Of a DNA stretch of 42,591 nt, positions 7,541 through 15,656 are shown piece by piece. How positions within the stretch are numbered: the first letter of the stretch is position 1; every line of letters starts with the position of its first letter. The DNA comes from an uncultured Acholeplasmataceae bacterium. Lineage in GTDB: Bacteria; Bacillota_I; Bacilli_A; Acholeplasmatales; Acholeplasmataceae. The DNA lies in contig CAZRJV010000002.1 of assembly GCA_964600625.1 (NCBI GenBank), positions 1 through 42,591 of the forward strand, given 5' to 3'. Position numbers and translations under genes: made by a program. A model generated the notes under the pieces. The model saw only the letters and a program-made list of their open reading frames with translations. It was not told the DNA's origin and did not search any database.

Positions 7541-9274
7541 ATGAAATTTAAAAAGATTATTTTTGGGTTGTTTTTTTTTCTATCTATATTCTTTATGTTA
7601 ACTGCCTGTTCTGAAAAAGAAGAAACTTACACAGTAACATGGAAAAATTATGATGGATTAGTATTGGAAATAGATAAAGATGTTTTAAAAGGTGATTTTC
7701 CTAAATTTGATGGCAATATACCAGTAAGACCAGAAACTGATGAATACAAATATTCCTTTGAAGGATGGAGTCCAGAAATAAGTGAAGTTATCAGTGATCA
7801 AGTATATATTGCAATGTACACTGAAGAAGTTGTTGACAATAATGAGTATTATACTATTACGTGGAAAAATTATGATGGAACCATTTTAAAAGTAGATAGT
7901 AAAGTTCTAAAAGGTTCCATGCCTATCTATGATGATAATATGCCAATAAAAGAAAGTGATGACGAATATTCATACGAATTTAATGGCTGGAGTCCAGAAA
8001 TTAGTGAGATAACTGGTGACCAAATTTATACAGCAACATATAAAAAAAATTATCCTGAGAGATATCAATTAGCTACAGATGATGATTTTGAAGGAGATTT
8101 TGATGGCGAATTTCTTTACATCGGAGATGCTGATTATGTCATTGTTCCTACATACATCAAAGGGGTAAAAGTCACATCATTAGCGAAAGATTATAATACA
8201 TATATGTTTAAATATCATAAGAATGTAAAGGGTGTTGCCTTTGAAACCCCGGAGAATATAACTAGCATTAAAAACTTGTTTTACGAAAACATTTCAGAAA
8301 CTCTAGAACTCAAATACTTAATGACTCCCAATGTGACAGACATGAGTGGAATGTTTTCTAATGCACGAACTTCTACATTAGATCTTAGTTCGTTGGATAC
8401 TAGCAAAGTGACAGATATGAGTGGAATGTTTTTGAGATCAAAAGCTACAGTTTTAGATTTCAGTTCATTTGATACAAGCAGTGTGACTAATATGGACTGG
8501 ATGTTTGCGTATTCAGAAGCGTTAACTTTAGATTTAAGTGGATTTGATACAAGTAATGTTGAAGACATGAGTAAAATGTTTTTTAAGTCAAAGGCAACTA
8601 TCTTAGATGTTAGCTCTTTTGATACAAGTAAAGTAACTACTATGTTTGGAATGTTTTCTGACACAGTAGCCCCTACACTAGATGTTAGTTCATTTGATAC
8701 AAGCCAAGTGACTGGTATGGGTGAAATGTTCTGGAACTCAATGGCTACCACAATAGATGTTAGTTCGTTTGACACAAGTCAAGTGATTGATATGGGAAGG
8801 ATGTTTTCGAACACGCTAGCTACTACATTAGATGTTAGCTCATTTAATACAAGTCAAGTTGTTTATATGGAAGCTATGTTTGCACTTACAAAGGCATTGG
8901 TACTAGACGTTAGTTCATTTGATACATCAAATGTTCGTTTAACAAACTCTATGTTCGCAGGTTCTAATGCGTCTATGTTAGATTTAAGTTCATTCAATAC
9001 AAGTAAAGTAACTAATATGTATGGTATGTTTTATGATTCTAAAGCGACTACGATAAATTTAAGTTCATTTGATACTAGTCAAGTAACAGATATGAGATAT
9101 ATGTTTGCATTATCAGAAGTAAGAATAATTGATTTAAGTTCATTTAACATAAGCTCAGTCGAAGTAGATCTTACAGGTGCTTTTGAAAATTCTCAAGCAA
9201 CCTTGGGATATGCTAGAAATGACATAGAAAAACAAATATTAAACTATCAAAAAAATATATTTAGAGTAAAATAA
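7541..9274 (+). CDS. BspA-family / DUF285 leucine-rich-repeat surface lipoprotein with two N-terminal Listeria-Bacteroides-type repeats
   Basis: Signal peptide with lipobox (FFMLTAC). Two ~70-aa repeats follow (YT[VI]TWKNYDG...Y.F.GWSPEISE...YTA.Y). Then come 12 consecutive 25-aa units LD.SSFDTS.VT.M..MF. The track ORF starts at a GTG at 7535, and I prefer the ATG two codons later (MKFKKIIF...). Confidence 0.85.
   Translation: MKFKKIIFGLFFFLSIFFMLTACSEKEETYTVTWKNYDGLVLEIDKDVLKGDFPKFDGNIPVRPETDEYKYSFEGWSPEISEVISDQVYIAMYTEEVVDNNEYYTITWKNYDGTILKVDSKVLKGSMPIYDDNMPIKESDDEYSYEFNGWSPEISEITGDQIYTATYKKNYPERYQLATDDDFEGDFDGEFLYIGDADYVIVPTYIKGVKVTSLAKDYNTYMFKYHKNVKGVAFETPENITSIKNLFYENISETLELKYLMTPNVTDMSGMFSNARTSTLDLSSLDTSKVTDMSGMFLRSKATVLDFSSFDTSSVTNMDWMFAYSEALTLDLSGFDTSNVEDMSKMFFKSKATILDVSSFDTSKVTTMFGMFSDTVAPTLDVSSFDTSQVTGMGEMFWNSMATTIDVSSFDTSQVIDMGRMFSNTLATTLDVSSFNTSQVVYMEAMFALTKALVLDVSSFDTSNVRLTNSMFAGSNASMLDLSSFNTSKVTNMYGMFYDSKATTINLSSFDTSQVTDMRYMFALSEVRIIDLSSFNISSVEVDLTGAFENSQATLGYARNDIEKQILNYQKNIFRVK
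8303..9202 (+). repeat. Coding tandem array: 12 diverged copies of a 75-bp (25-aa) DUF285 unit
   Basis: The periodicity is visible in the protein (LDLSSLDTSKVTDMSGMF / LDFSSFDTSSVTNMDWMF / LDVSSFDTSQVTGMGEMF ...) and in the DNA (tcatttgatacaagt... recurring every 75 bp). Confidence 0.85.
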
Positions 9275-9490
9275 TTTATCCGATAATGAGCGTATATGAA
9301 GTTTCAAATAAGAAAATAATATATTTGTTTAGATTAAAGATAGGATATAGAACTAATAATAAAAAGGTTTAACAAAACCATTATTTTAGTGATGTGCAAA
9401 TTTAGATTAGAAGTATTGAATTGTATTAACATGATAGCCCAATATATAATGAGTGCGTAGGTTTGATAGATAGTTATCGAACCTTTTTTT

Positions 9491-9600
9491 GTAAGCGTCA
9501 AAAATTAACACTGTAATAATAGAAAAGCTGCCGGGTTTTACGACCTCGCAGCTTTTTTTGTGGGTTTAGTTCCCACCCGGGTGGAAATTGGTGAATAGTT
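9491..9600 (+). mobile_element. Solo end fragment (about 110 bp) of a second, related IS66-family element
   Basis: gtaagcgtcaaaaattaacac at 9491-9511 matches the IRs of the 6063-7176 element at 19-20 of 21 bases. It is followed by the same subterminal layout as 6084-6170: a terminator-like hairpin, a GC-rich palindrome and then ggaaattgg. There are no transposase genes to its right. Confidence 0.65.
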
Positions 9601-9640
9601 AAACGTTTATTAAGTATTTAAGGTTATTTAATAGTAATTA

Positions 9641-9671
9641 AAAATAAAAGACTAAGAGATAACTCCTAGTC
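9641..9671 (-). terminator. Terminator candidate for the MATE gene
   Basis: The minus strand reads gactaggag-ttat-ctcttagtc followed by ttttattttt, about 20 nt after the stop. Confidence 0.5.
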
Positions 9672-9689
9672 ATAGTATTTGAAACAGTT

Positions 9690-11099
9690 TTATACTGCTT
9701 TATGTTCTACATCATCAATCGTTAAATTATTTAACCAGGTACCTTTCTTAATAATGTGTATAGAGAAAATGAGTTTTACAATATCGGTTGATTTGCTTGC
9801 TAAAAATATGATTAGGATGTTGATTCCCAGTTCATTTCTATAGGTGCTTAATAAGATGACTGCAGGTAAGCCTACTAAGTAGGTTGGAAGTTGATCGAGT
9901 AAGAATGTTCTAACTGAATCACCACCCGCTCTTAATGCGTAATAACTCATAGCGTTATAGCCGTATATGGCGATAAATCCTACATTAATTAAAATGATTT
10001 GATAAGCTAACCAATACAGTGAATTAACAGGTGTAAATATAAGTAACATGACTGGTGATAGACCGACGATCAATATCATAATTATGAGGTTTGTCGTCAA
10101 CATAATCCCACGCAACTTAGCTAAGTAATCTTTTGCCTTTTCAAAAGAACCTTCACCAAGCGCTTGGCCAAGTATCACCCCAGTGGCAGTTGCCATTCCA
10201 GAATAATATACAAAAAAGATATCTGTGGCGTTTTGAGAATATCCATAAGCTATTACCCATTCATAAACCCCACTGGTAATAAACATTGCATAAAGAACCA
10301 TCGCAATCGACCATAAAATTTCATTAACGATAATAGGTCCACCCTTTAAAATATACATTTTTACTAAACGTTTTGTAATTAAGTATTTTTTAAATATTTC
10401 TTTAGCATAATTTTCTTTACTATAAAATATAGCAATAATTAATAAAACAACCAGTTCAGCCATCTTAGATATCACTGTAGCCCAAGCGGCACCGATGGCT
10501 CCCATTGCTGGAAAACCCAAATAACCATAAATTAGTATCATGTTTAAAGCCATATTCACAACAATGCCAACTATCCCTGCAATCAAGGGAGCTTTTGCTC
10601 TTCCAATTGATCTAAAGAAGGTTGATATCATAAAAGAAGTTAAAAAAATAATAGCACCATAACCAATGATTTTAATATATTGGACCCCAAAAGTTACTGC
10701 CTCTAGTTGTTCGGGATCAGTTGTAGGTAGAAACATCTTAATCACTTTAGGACCGAAGTAGTAAATTAAACCACTTGATATTAACCCAAATAATATTGCT
10801 AAGATTAATCCTAATTGAAATGTGCCTAAAATACCTTTTTTGTTTTTAGCCCCATAATATTGTGCTACAAATACACTTATTCCTGCTGTCAATCCAATCC
10901 AAAAAAAGTTTATGATAAACATGAACCTGTTAGCGGTTGATACACCTGTATAGGCGGTTTGTGAAAACCCATTTATCATGAATGTATCTATGAGGCCAGC
11001 TAAGTTTAATATCAATTGTTGAATGACAACTGGGATAATAATAGCAAATGCCATTTTGTAAAAGGCTTTATCGCCAAAATGCTTTTTTAATTTATTCAT
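9690..11099 (-). CDS. MATE family efflux transporter
   Basis: About 12 TM helices of the MatE type (AFAIIIPVVIQQLILNLAGLIDTFMI...). The ATG at 11099 (MNKLKKHF) has a GAGG RBS; the longer track ORF adds 17 unlikely residues. Confidence 0.8.
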   Translation of the reverse strand: MNKLKKHFGDKAFYKMAFAIIIPVVIQQLILNLAGLIDTFMINGFSQTAYTGVSTANRFMFIINFFWIGLTAGISVFVAQYYGAKNKKGILGTFQLGLILAILFGLISSGLIYYFGPKVIKMFLPTTDPEQLEAVTFGVQYIKIIGYGAIIFLTSFMISTFFRSIGRAKAPLIAGIVGIVVNMALNMILIYGYLGFPAMGAIGAAWATVISKMAELVVLLIIAIFYSKENYAKEIFKKYLITKRLVKMYILKGGPIIVNEILWSIAMVLYAMFITSGVYEWVIAYGYSQNATDIFFVYYSGMATATGVILGQALGEGSFEKAKDYLAKLRGIMLTTNLIIMILIVGLSPVMLLIFTPVNSLYWLAYQIILINVGFIAIYGYNAMSYYALRAGGDSVRTFLLDQLPTYLVGLPAVILLSTYRNELGINILIIFLASKSTDIVKLIFSIHIIKKGTWLNNLTIDDVEHKAV

Positions 11100-11381
11100 T
11101 ATAAAAACCTCGAGTTCAATTGTAACAAACAATATCAAAAAAGTATACATTTAAGATTTAGAAAAACCAAGAACAAGAAATCATACTTTGAAGAATACTT
11201 TAAAGTTAACAACAAAACGGATTGTTTTAACCTTGGTTATAGTCTTATTATTGATAGAAATTCTATTGATAAAAAGAGACTATATTGAAGAAATGGTTAG
11301 TTGATTATGATAATTTAAAACATTCATTTATAGATAAATAAAATGTGATATGATTAAGTAAAGAAATAGTAGAGGTATTTT

Positions 11382-11942
11382 ATGATGAACTCGGATAGCT
11401 TTAGTGATGTTAGAATTAAAATAAGAAATAATAATAAAATTTTCTTTAACCAAAACAGTGAATGTTTGAAGCCTTTACTTAATTTAATTGCGTCTATGAA
11501 TCACCGTACAATGGTTTTATGGGCACTTAAAATGGTTAGAGAAATACATAGTTCTATTAGGCATTATTTTGATACTGATAATAGAGTTGGTCAAGCTATC
11601 ATTCTATGTGAGAAGTGGGCTAAAGGTGATATCAAGATGCAACTTGCAAAAAAAGCCATATTAGAAGTACATCATATGGCAAAAGAAACAGATAATCTTA
11701 GAGTAATTACAAAACTTCATGCAATCGGCCAAGGTTTGTCTACAATCCATGTAAAGACACATGCAATTGGCATGGTATTTTATGACTTAACGAGTGCAGT
11801 TTTAGAATATGGGATAGATTCTTTTGAAGAAGCTGTCAAAAATAAAATCAATGAATATATAATAACTTTGAAAACATGTAATCAGGAAATTAACAAAGTT
11901 ATAAAATGGAATTCCTTTTTAATGAAAGATATGACCAATTAA
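11382..11942 (+). CDS. Hypothetical all-alpha protein, Imm5-like (putative immunity protein family)
   Basis: LWALKMVREIH...DNRVGQAIILCEKWAKGDIKMQLAKKAILEVHHMAKE...AIGQGLSTIHVKTHAIGMVFYD resembles the pattern I associate with Imm-5-like immunity proteins (W-A--CAE-VL...R...AI-A-R-WA-GE...AR-AA-AAH-AAR...A-G-A--TAHV--HA). This is a recollection, not a search result. Confidence 0.45.
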   Translation: MMNSDSFSDVRIKIRNNNKIFFNQNSECLKPLLNLIASMNHRTMVLWALKMVREIHSSIRHYFDTDNRVGQAIILCEKWAKGDIKMQLAKKAILEVHHMAKETDNLRVITKLHAIGQGLSTIHVKTHAIGMVFYDLTSAVLEYGIDSFEEAVKNKINEYIITLKTCNQEINKVIKWNSFLMKDMTN

Positions 11943-12053
11943 TAAGTATTAATTTATTTATACTAGCATCAGGTGTTTACTTGTGTAAAACTTGTTTTTA
12001 GTTTATAATTATCTTGTAATAAATTTAAATATTATAAATAATCAGGAGGGTTT

Positions 12054-12548
12054 ATGAATCTATATCAAATTAGAGTTGAAGACATTAATAATCAAGTTGT
12101 AGAATTATCAAAGTACAAAGGAAAAGTTTTACTTATTGTTAACACTGCGACTGAGTGTTTTTTTACGCCACAATACGAAGGACTACAAAAATTGTATGAT
12201 CAATTTAATAAACAAGGGTTTGAGTTGTTAGATTTTCCATGTAATCAATTTGGTAAAGATGCACCGGGATCAATCGAAGACATTAATGAATTTTGTGTTG
12301 ATAAATATGAAACTACTTTTCCAAGGTTTCAAAAGATTAATGTTAATGGTCAAGATGAATCAATTTTGTACACGTATTTAAAAAGACATCAAAAAGGATT
12401 TATGACAAGAAAGATTAAATGGAATTTTACAAAATTCTTAGTTGACCAAGAAGGCAGAGTAATCAAACGATATTCACCACGTGTAAAACCTTCTAAAATC
12501 GCAAAAGATATTGAGTTATTACTGACTCAACAAAAGAAGGAGAAATAG
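12054..12548 (+). CDS. Glutathione peroxidase family protein (Cys-type)
   Basis: NTATECFFTPQYEGLQ (catalytic Cys), FPCNQFG and WNFTKFLVDQEGRVIKRY are the three canonical GPx motifs. Confidence 0.9.
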   Translation: MNLYQIRVEDINNQVVELSKYKGKVLLIVNTATECFFTPQYEGLQKLYDQFNKQGFELLDFPCNQFGKDAPGSIEDINEFCVDKYETTFPRFQKINVNGQDESILYTYLKRHQKGFMTRKIKWNFTKFLVDQEGRVIKRYSPRVKPSKIAKDIELLLTQQKKEK

Positions 12549-12551
12549 CCA

Positions 12552-13622
12552 ATGTTTTTAGCCTTAAAAGAATTAAAATATTCAAAATTGAAGTTTGCTT
12601 TAATTATTGCGGTGATTGTCTTAATTAGTTATCTAGTTTACTTTTTGACTTCACTTGCTTATGGATTAGCATCTTCATATACTAACGCGATTGAAAAATG
12701 GAATTCAGATGAAATCATCATGACTGTTGACGCTAATGACACTATAATGATGTCATTTATGGATCAAGCAGATTATAATTCTGTTACCACCACAGGTACT
12801 AAAGCCAAATTAGGTTTATTTCCAGGCGTTATCAATGATCCTACCGCGACTAATATTTTAGATACTCGAATTGATGTTTTCTTTTTCGGGATTGATAATG
12901 GTAGTTTTCTTAAACCAATATCAAATCTTACTTTAACAGGCAATCAAGTTATTGCCGATGAAGATTTACAAAAAGAAGGCTATCAAGTTGGTGATATCTT
13001 TGGGGTGTCTGGTAGTACTCAAACTTATGAAATTATTGGTTTTTCTAAAAAAACTACTTATCAAACAGCGCCAGTTATCTATATGAGTTTAGATACTTGG
13101 CAACAATATCGTTATAATACACCAACACCACCAGATTTATATAGTGGAATCATCATTAGAGGTGAAAGTAGTCTTGGTTCAAGTGATTCTGGTTTATTAA
13201 TTTATAAAACGGAAGATTACATTTCTACTTTACCAGGTTATACGGCACAAGTATTAACTTTTACAACAATGATTGTTTTCTTGATTATTATTGTTGCGTT
13301 TGTATTAGGGATATTTATTTATGTGTTAACGATTCAAAAGACGAGCATGTTCGGGGTTATGAAAGCTCAAGGTATCTCTAATAGTTATATTGGTGGGTCT
13401 GTTATTTTACAAACATTCTTTCTTGTATTGATTGGATTAGTAATTGGGGGAATTTTTACGCTATTGACTGGGATATTTTTAGCTGATATTGTTCCATTCG
13501 CTGTTAACATTGTATTCTATGTAGTAATTACATTCGCGTTTTTCTTGTTTGCTTTCTTTGGAGCATTATTTTCAGTCAATGCAGTCTTGAAGATAGATCC
13601 ATTAAAGGCGATTGGAGGTTAA
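12552..13622 (+). CDS. ABC transporter permease, FtsX/MacB-type (single FtsX domain with a large extracytoplasmic loop)
   Basis: An N-terminal TM helix, a ~200-aa loop, then three C-terminal TM helices including MFGVMKAQGISN. Confidence 0.8.
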   Translation: MFLALKELKYSKLKFALIIAVIVLISYLVYFLTSLAYGLASSYTNAIEKWNSDEIIMTVDANDTIMMSFMDQADYNSVTTTGTKAKLGLFPGVINDPTATNILDTRIDVFFFGIDNGSFLKPISNLTLTGNQVIADEDLQKEGYQVGDIFGVSGSTQTYEIIGFSKKTTYQTAPVIYMSLDTWQQYRYNTPTPPDLYSGIIIRGESSLGSSDSGLLIYKTEDYISTLPGYTAQVLTFTTMIVFLIIIVAFVLGIFIYVLTIQKTSMFGVMKAQGISNSYIGGSVILQTFFLVLIGLVIGGIFTLLTGIFLADIVPFAVNIVFYVVITFAFFLFAFFGALFSVNAVLKIDPLKAIGG

Positions 13623-13623
13623 T

Positions 13624-14304
13624 ATGAAACCATTAATAGAAATGATTGGCGTTACCAAAGATTTTATCCAAGGCGACAACATTATTAGAGCTTTAAAAGA
13701 AACTAACTTTACTGCTTACGAAGGCGAATTAATAGCTATCGTTGGTCCATCTGGATCAGGAAAATCAACCTTCTTAACTATTTTAGGCGGACTTCAAAAA
13801 CCCACCACTGGGAGAGTTCTATTAAACGGTAAACCCTTTAGTGATTTAGATGTTCAGGAAAAATCAAAAATTAGATTAGATAGTATTGGATTTATTTTAC
13901 AAGCATCTAATTTAATCCCTTTTTTGACTATCAAAGAACAAATGATTTTGTACAATAAAATCACTAAAACAAAGATAAATCAATCATGGATGAACGAATT
14001 ATTTTTAAAGTTAGACGTTGAAAAACTAAAAAATAAATACCCTAATTCATTATCTGGGGGTGAAAGACAAAGAGCAGCAATTGCGAAAGCATTGTATCAT
14101 CAACCTTCAGTCATTTTTGCTGATGAACCAACAGCCAGTTTAGATACTAAAAAAGCTTATGAAGTCGTAAAACTTTTGGCTAAAGAAACAAAAGAACAAA
14201 AGAAGGCTACCATTATGGTGACTCATGATGAAAGAATGTTAGAGTTTTGTGATAAGGTGTATGAAATAACCGATGGTGTATTAACTGAAAGACAAAGAAC
14301 ATGA
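13624..14304 (+). CDS. ABC transporter ATP-binding protein
   Basis: Walker A GPSGSGKST, signature LSGGERQR and Walker B VIFADEPT. A GGAGG RBS precedes the ATG at 13624. Confidence 0.9.
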   Translation: MKPLIEMIGVTKDFIQGDNIIRALKETNFTAYEGELIAIVGPSGSGKSTFLTILGGLQKPTTGRVLLNGKPFSDLDVQEKSKIRLDSIGFILQASNLIPFLTIKEQMILYNKITKTKINQSWMNELFLKLDVEKLKNKYPNSLSGGERQRAAIAKALYHQPSVIFADEPTASLDTKKAYEVVKLLAKETKEQKKATIMVTHDERMLEFCDKVYEITDGVLTERQRT

Positions 14305-15554
14305 ACGTAGGATTTGCTTGTTTATCGATTGGTGTTTATCATAATGATTATAAAACAATCAGAAAAGATAATCTAAGCGATGATAAACTCATCGAGATTA
14401 TTCAATATAACCTAGAATCATTAGAAAATATCATTGACTACAATATTAAAAACAATATTAAGTTGTTTAGAATTTCCAGTGATTTAATTCCGTTTGGGTC
14501 TAGCCCACTTAATTCATTAAAAAGGTGGGAAATATTCAAAGATAAGTTTGATTTAATCGCAGAAAAGATTAAAAAATATAATATTCGTGTTTCGATGCAT
14601 CCGGGTCAATACACGGTTTTAAACTCGCCTGATGAAGGTGTTGTTGATAGGTCGATTAAAGACCTTGTTTATCATGCTAAGGTATTAGAGGCTCTAAAAA
14701 CTGGAACTTCATCTAAGATTATTTTGCATATTGGTGGTGTTTATGGTGATAAATTAACCGCAAAAAAGCGTTTTATCATAAATTATTTACAGTTACCAGA
14801 AAATGTAAAAAAACGTTTAGTGATTGAAAACGATGAACGAAGTTATCATATATTAGATGTTTTAGAAATAAGTGAAGTAGCGAATATTCCTGTTATTTTT
14901 GATAATTTACATCATAAAATTAATCCGCCAAATCTCAATAAAACAGACCAAGAATGGATTAATTTTTGTAAAAATACGTTCAAAAAAACAGACGGAATTC
15001 AAAAGATTCATTATTCTGAACAAGATTCATTAAAACAACCTGGAGCCCATTCAAAAACGATTAATCCAGAATCATTTTTAGAATGGTTTAACTTGATAGA
15101 TAGAGAAGATATTGATATTATGCTTGAAGTAAAAGATAAAAATGTGTCAGCAATAAAAATTAAAAATTGTACCAATAAGAACCTAAAAAATCAAGACTTA
15201 GAAAATGCTTGGGCAAAATATAAATATAATGTTTTAGAATACTCACCAAAAACATACTTTCTAATTAGAGAGATGTTAAAAGATAAGATGAATCTTGATC
15301 CGGTGTTATTTTATAGAATCATTGATAACTCTTTTACTCATCCTTTATCAATAAATAATCAAATCAATGCAATAGATCATGTATGGGGTTATTTTAAAAC
15401 CAATTCAAAAGAAAAAGAAATCTATCTAAAAAAGCTAGAGAAACTTAAACAAGGTACATTAACCGTTAAATCAATGAAAAAATATTTGTATGGATTAGCG
15501 ATTAGTACTAAAATGAATTATTTATTAGAATCCTATTATTTTGAATTAATATAG
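14301..15554 (+). CDS. uvsE: UV DNA damage endonuclease UvsE (UVDE) with a ~100-aa C-terminal extension
   Basis: VGFACLSIG...LFRISSDLIPFGS...MHPGQYTVLNSP...ILHIGG...IENDE are UVDE motifs. The start overlaps the ABC ATPase stop (ATGA). The C-terminal tail (HVWGYFK...EKEIYL...) resembles DUF1722 by recollection only. Confidence 0.85.
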   Translation: MNVGFACLSIGVYHNDYKTIRKDNLSDDKLIEIIQYNLESLENIIDYNIKNNIKLFRISSDLIPFGSSPLNSLKRWEIFKDKFDLIAEKIKKYNIRVSMHPGQYTVLNSPDEGVVDRSIKDLVYHAKVLEALKTGTSSKIILHIGGVYGDKLTAKKRFIINYLQLPENVKKRLVIENDERSYHILDVLEISEVANIPVIFDNLHHKINPPNLNKTDQEWINFCKNTFKKTDGIQKIHYSEQDSLKQPGAHSKTINPESFLEWFNLIDREDIDIMLEVKDKNVSAIKIKNCTNKNLKNQDLENAWAKYKYNVLEYSPKTYFLIREMLKDKMNLDPVLFYRIIDNSFTHPLSINNQINAIDHVWGYFKTNSKEKEIYLKKLEKLKQGTLTVKSMKKYLYGLAISTKMNYLLESYYFELI

Positions 15555-15555
15555 T

Positions 15556-15585
15556 AAAACCATCGGTTGGTACCGATGGTTTTTA
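15556..15585. terminator. Bidirectional terminator between uvsE and the DeoR gene
   Basis: aaaaccatcggt-tggt-accgatggttttt, a perfect 12-bp stem that includes the A/T tails. Confidence 0.75.
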
Positions 15586-15656
15586 TTATTAGTGTAATGT
15601 TTACCAATCATCATACTAGATTACTTAACTCTATATTACATTAAAGTAAAAGAATA

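Noticed and set aside
7534-7564. An apparent one-base register conflict between my hand count of the T-run at about 7559-7564 and the supplied ORF 7535-9274. This could have implied a frameshift.
   Set aside because: The downstream frame (for example the Trp codon at 7640) and the stop at 9272-9274 agree with the track. The discrepancy most probably comes from my miscounting a homopolymer, so I am not calling a frameshift or pseudogene.
8281-8775. A 164-aa ORF on the minus strand, itself repetitive (LVSNELTS...).
   Set aside because: It lies entirely antisense to the DUF285 repeat array. The 75-nt periodic coding repeat keeps the opposite frame open by chance. It has no RBS and no independent support.
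8303-9202. Regular 75-bp periodicity that could superficially suggest a CRISPR-like or satellite array.
   Set aside because: The units are contiguous with no spacers, are diverged from one another, and translate in frame into the DUF285 LRR consensus within a single long ORF.
5890-9600. An integrative element, prophage or genomic island inserted at tRNA-Ser.
   Set aside because: There is no integrase or recombinase gene, no duplicated tRNA 3' end acting as an att repeat, and no phage genes. The mobile DNA present is explained by IS66-type sequences.
12054-12548. Selenocysteine recoding in the glutathione peroxidase.
   Set aside because: The catalytic position is a TGT/TGC-encoded Cys (ATECFFT), and there is no in-frame TGA.
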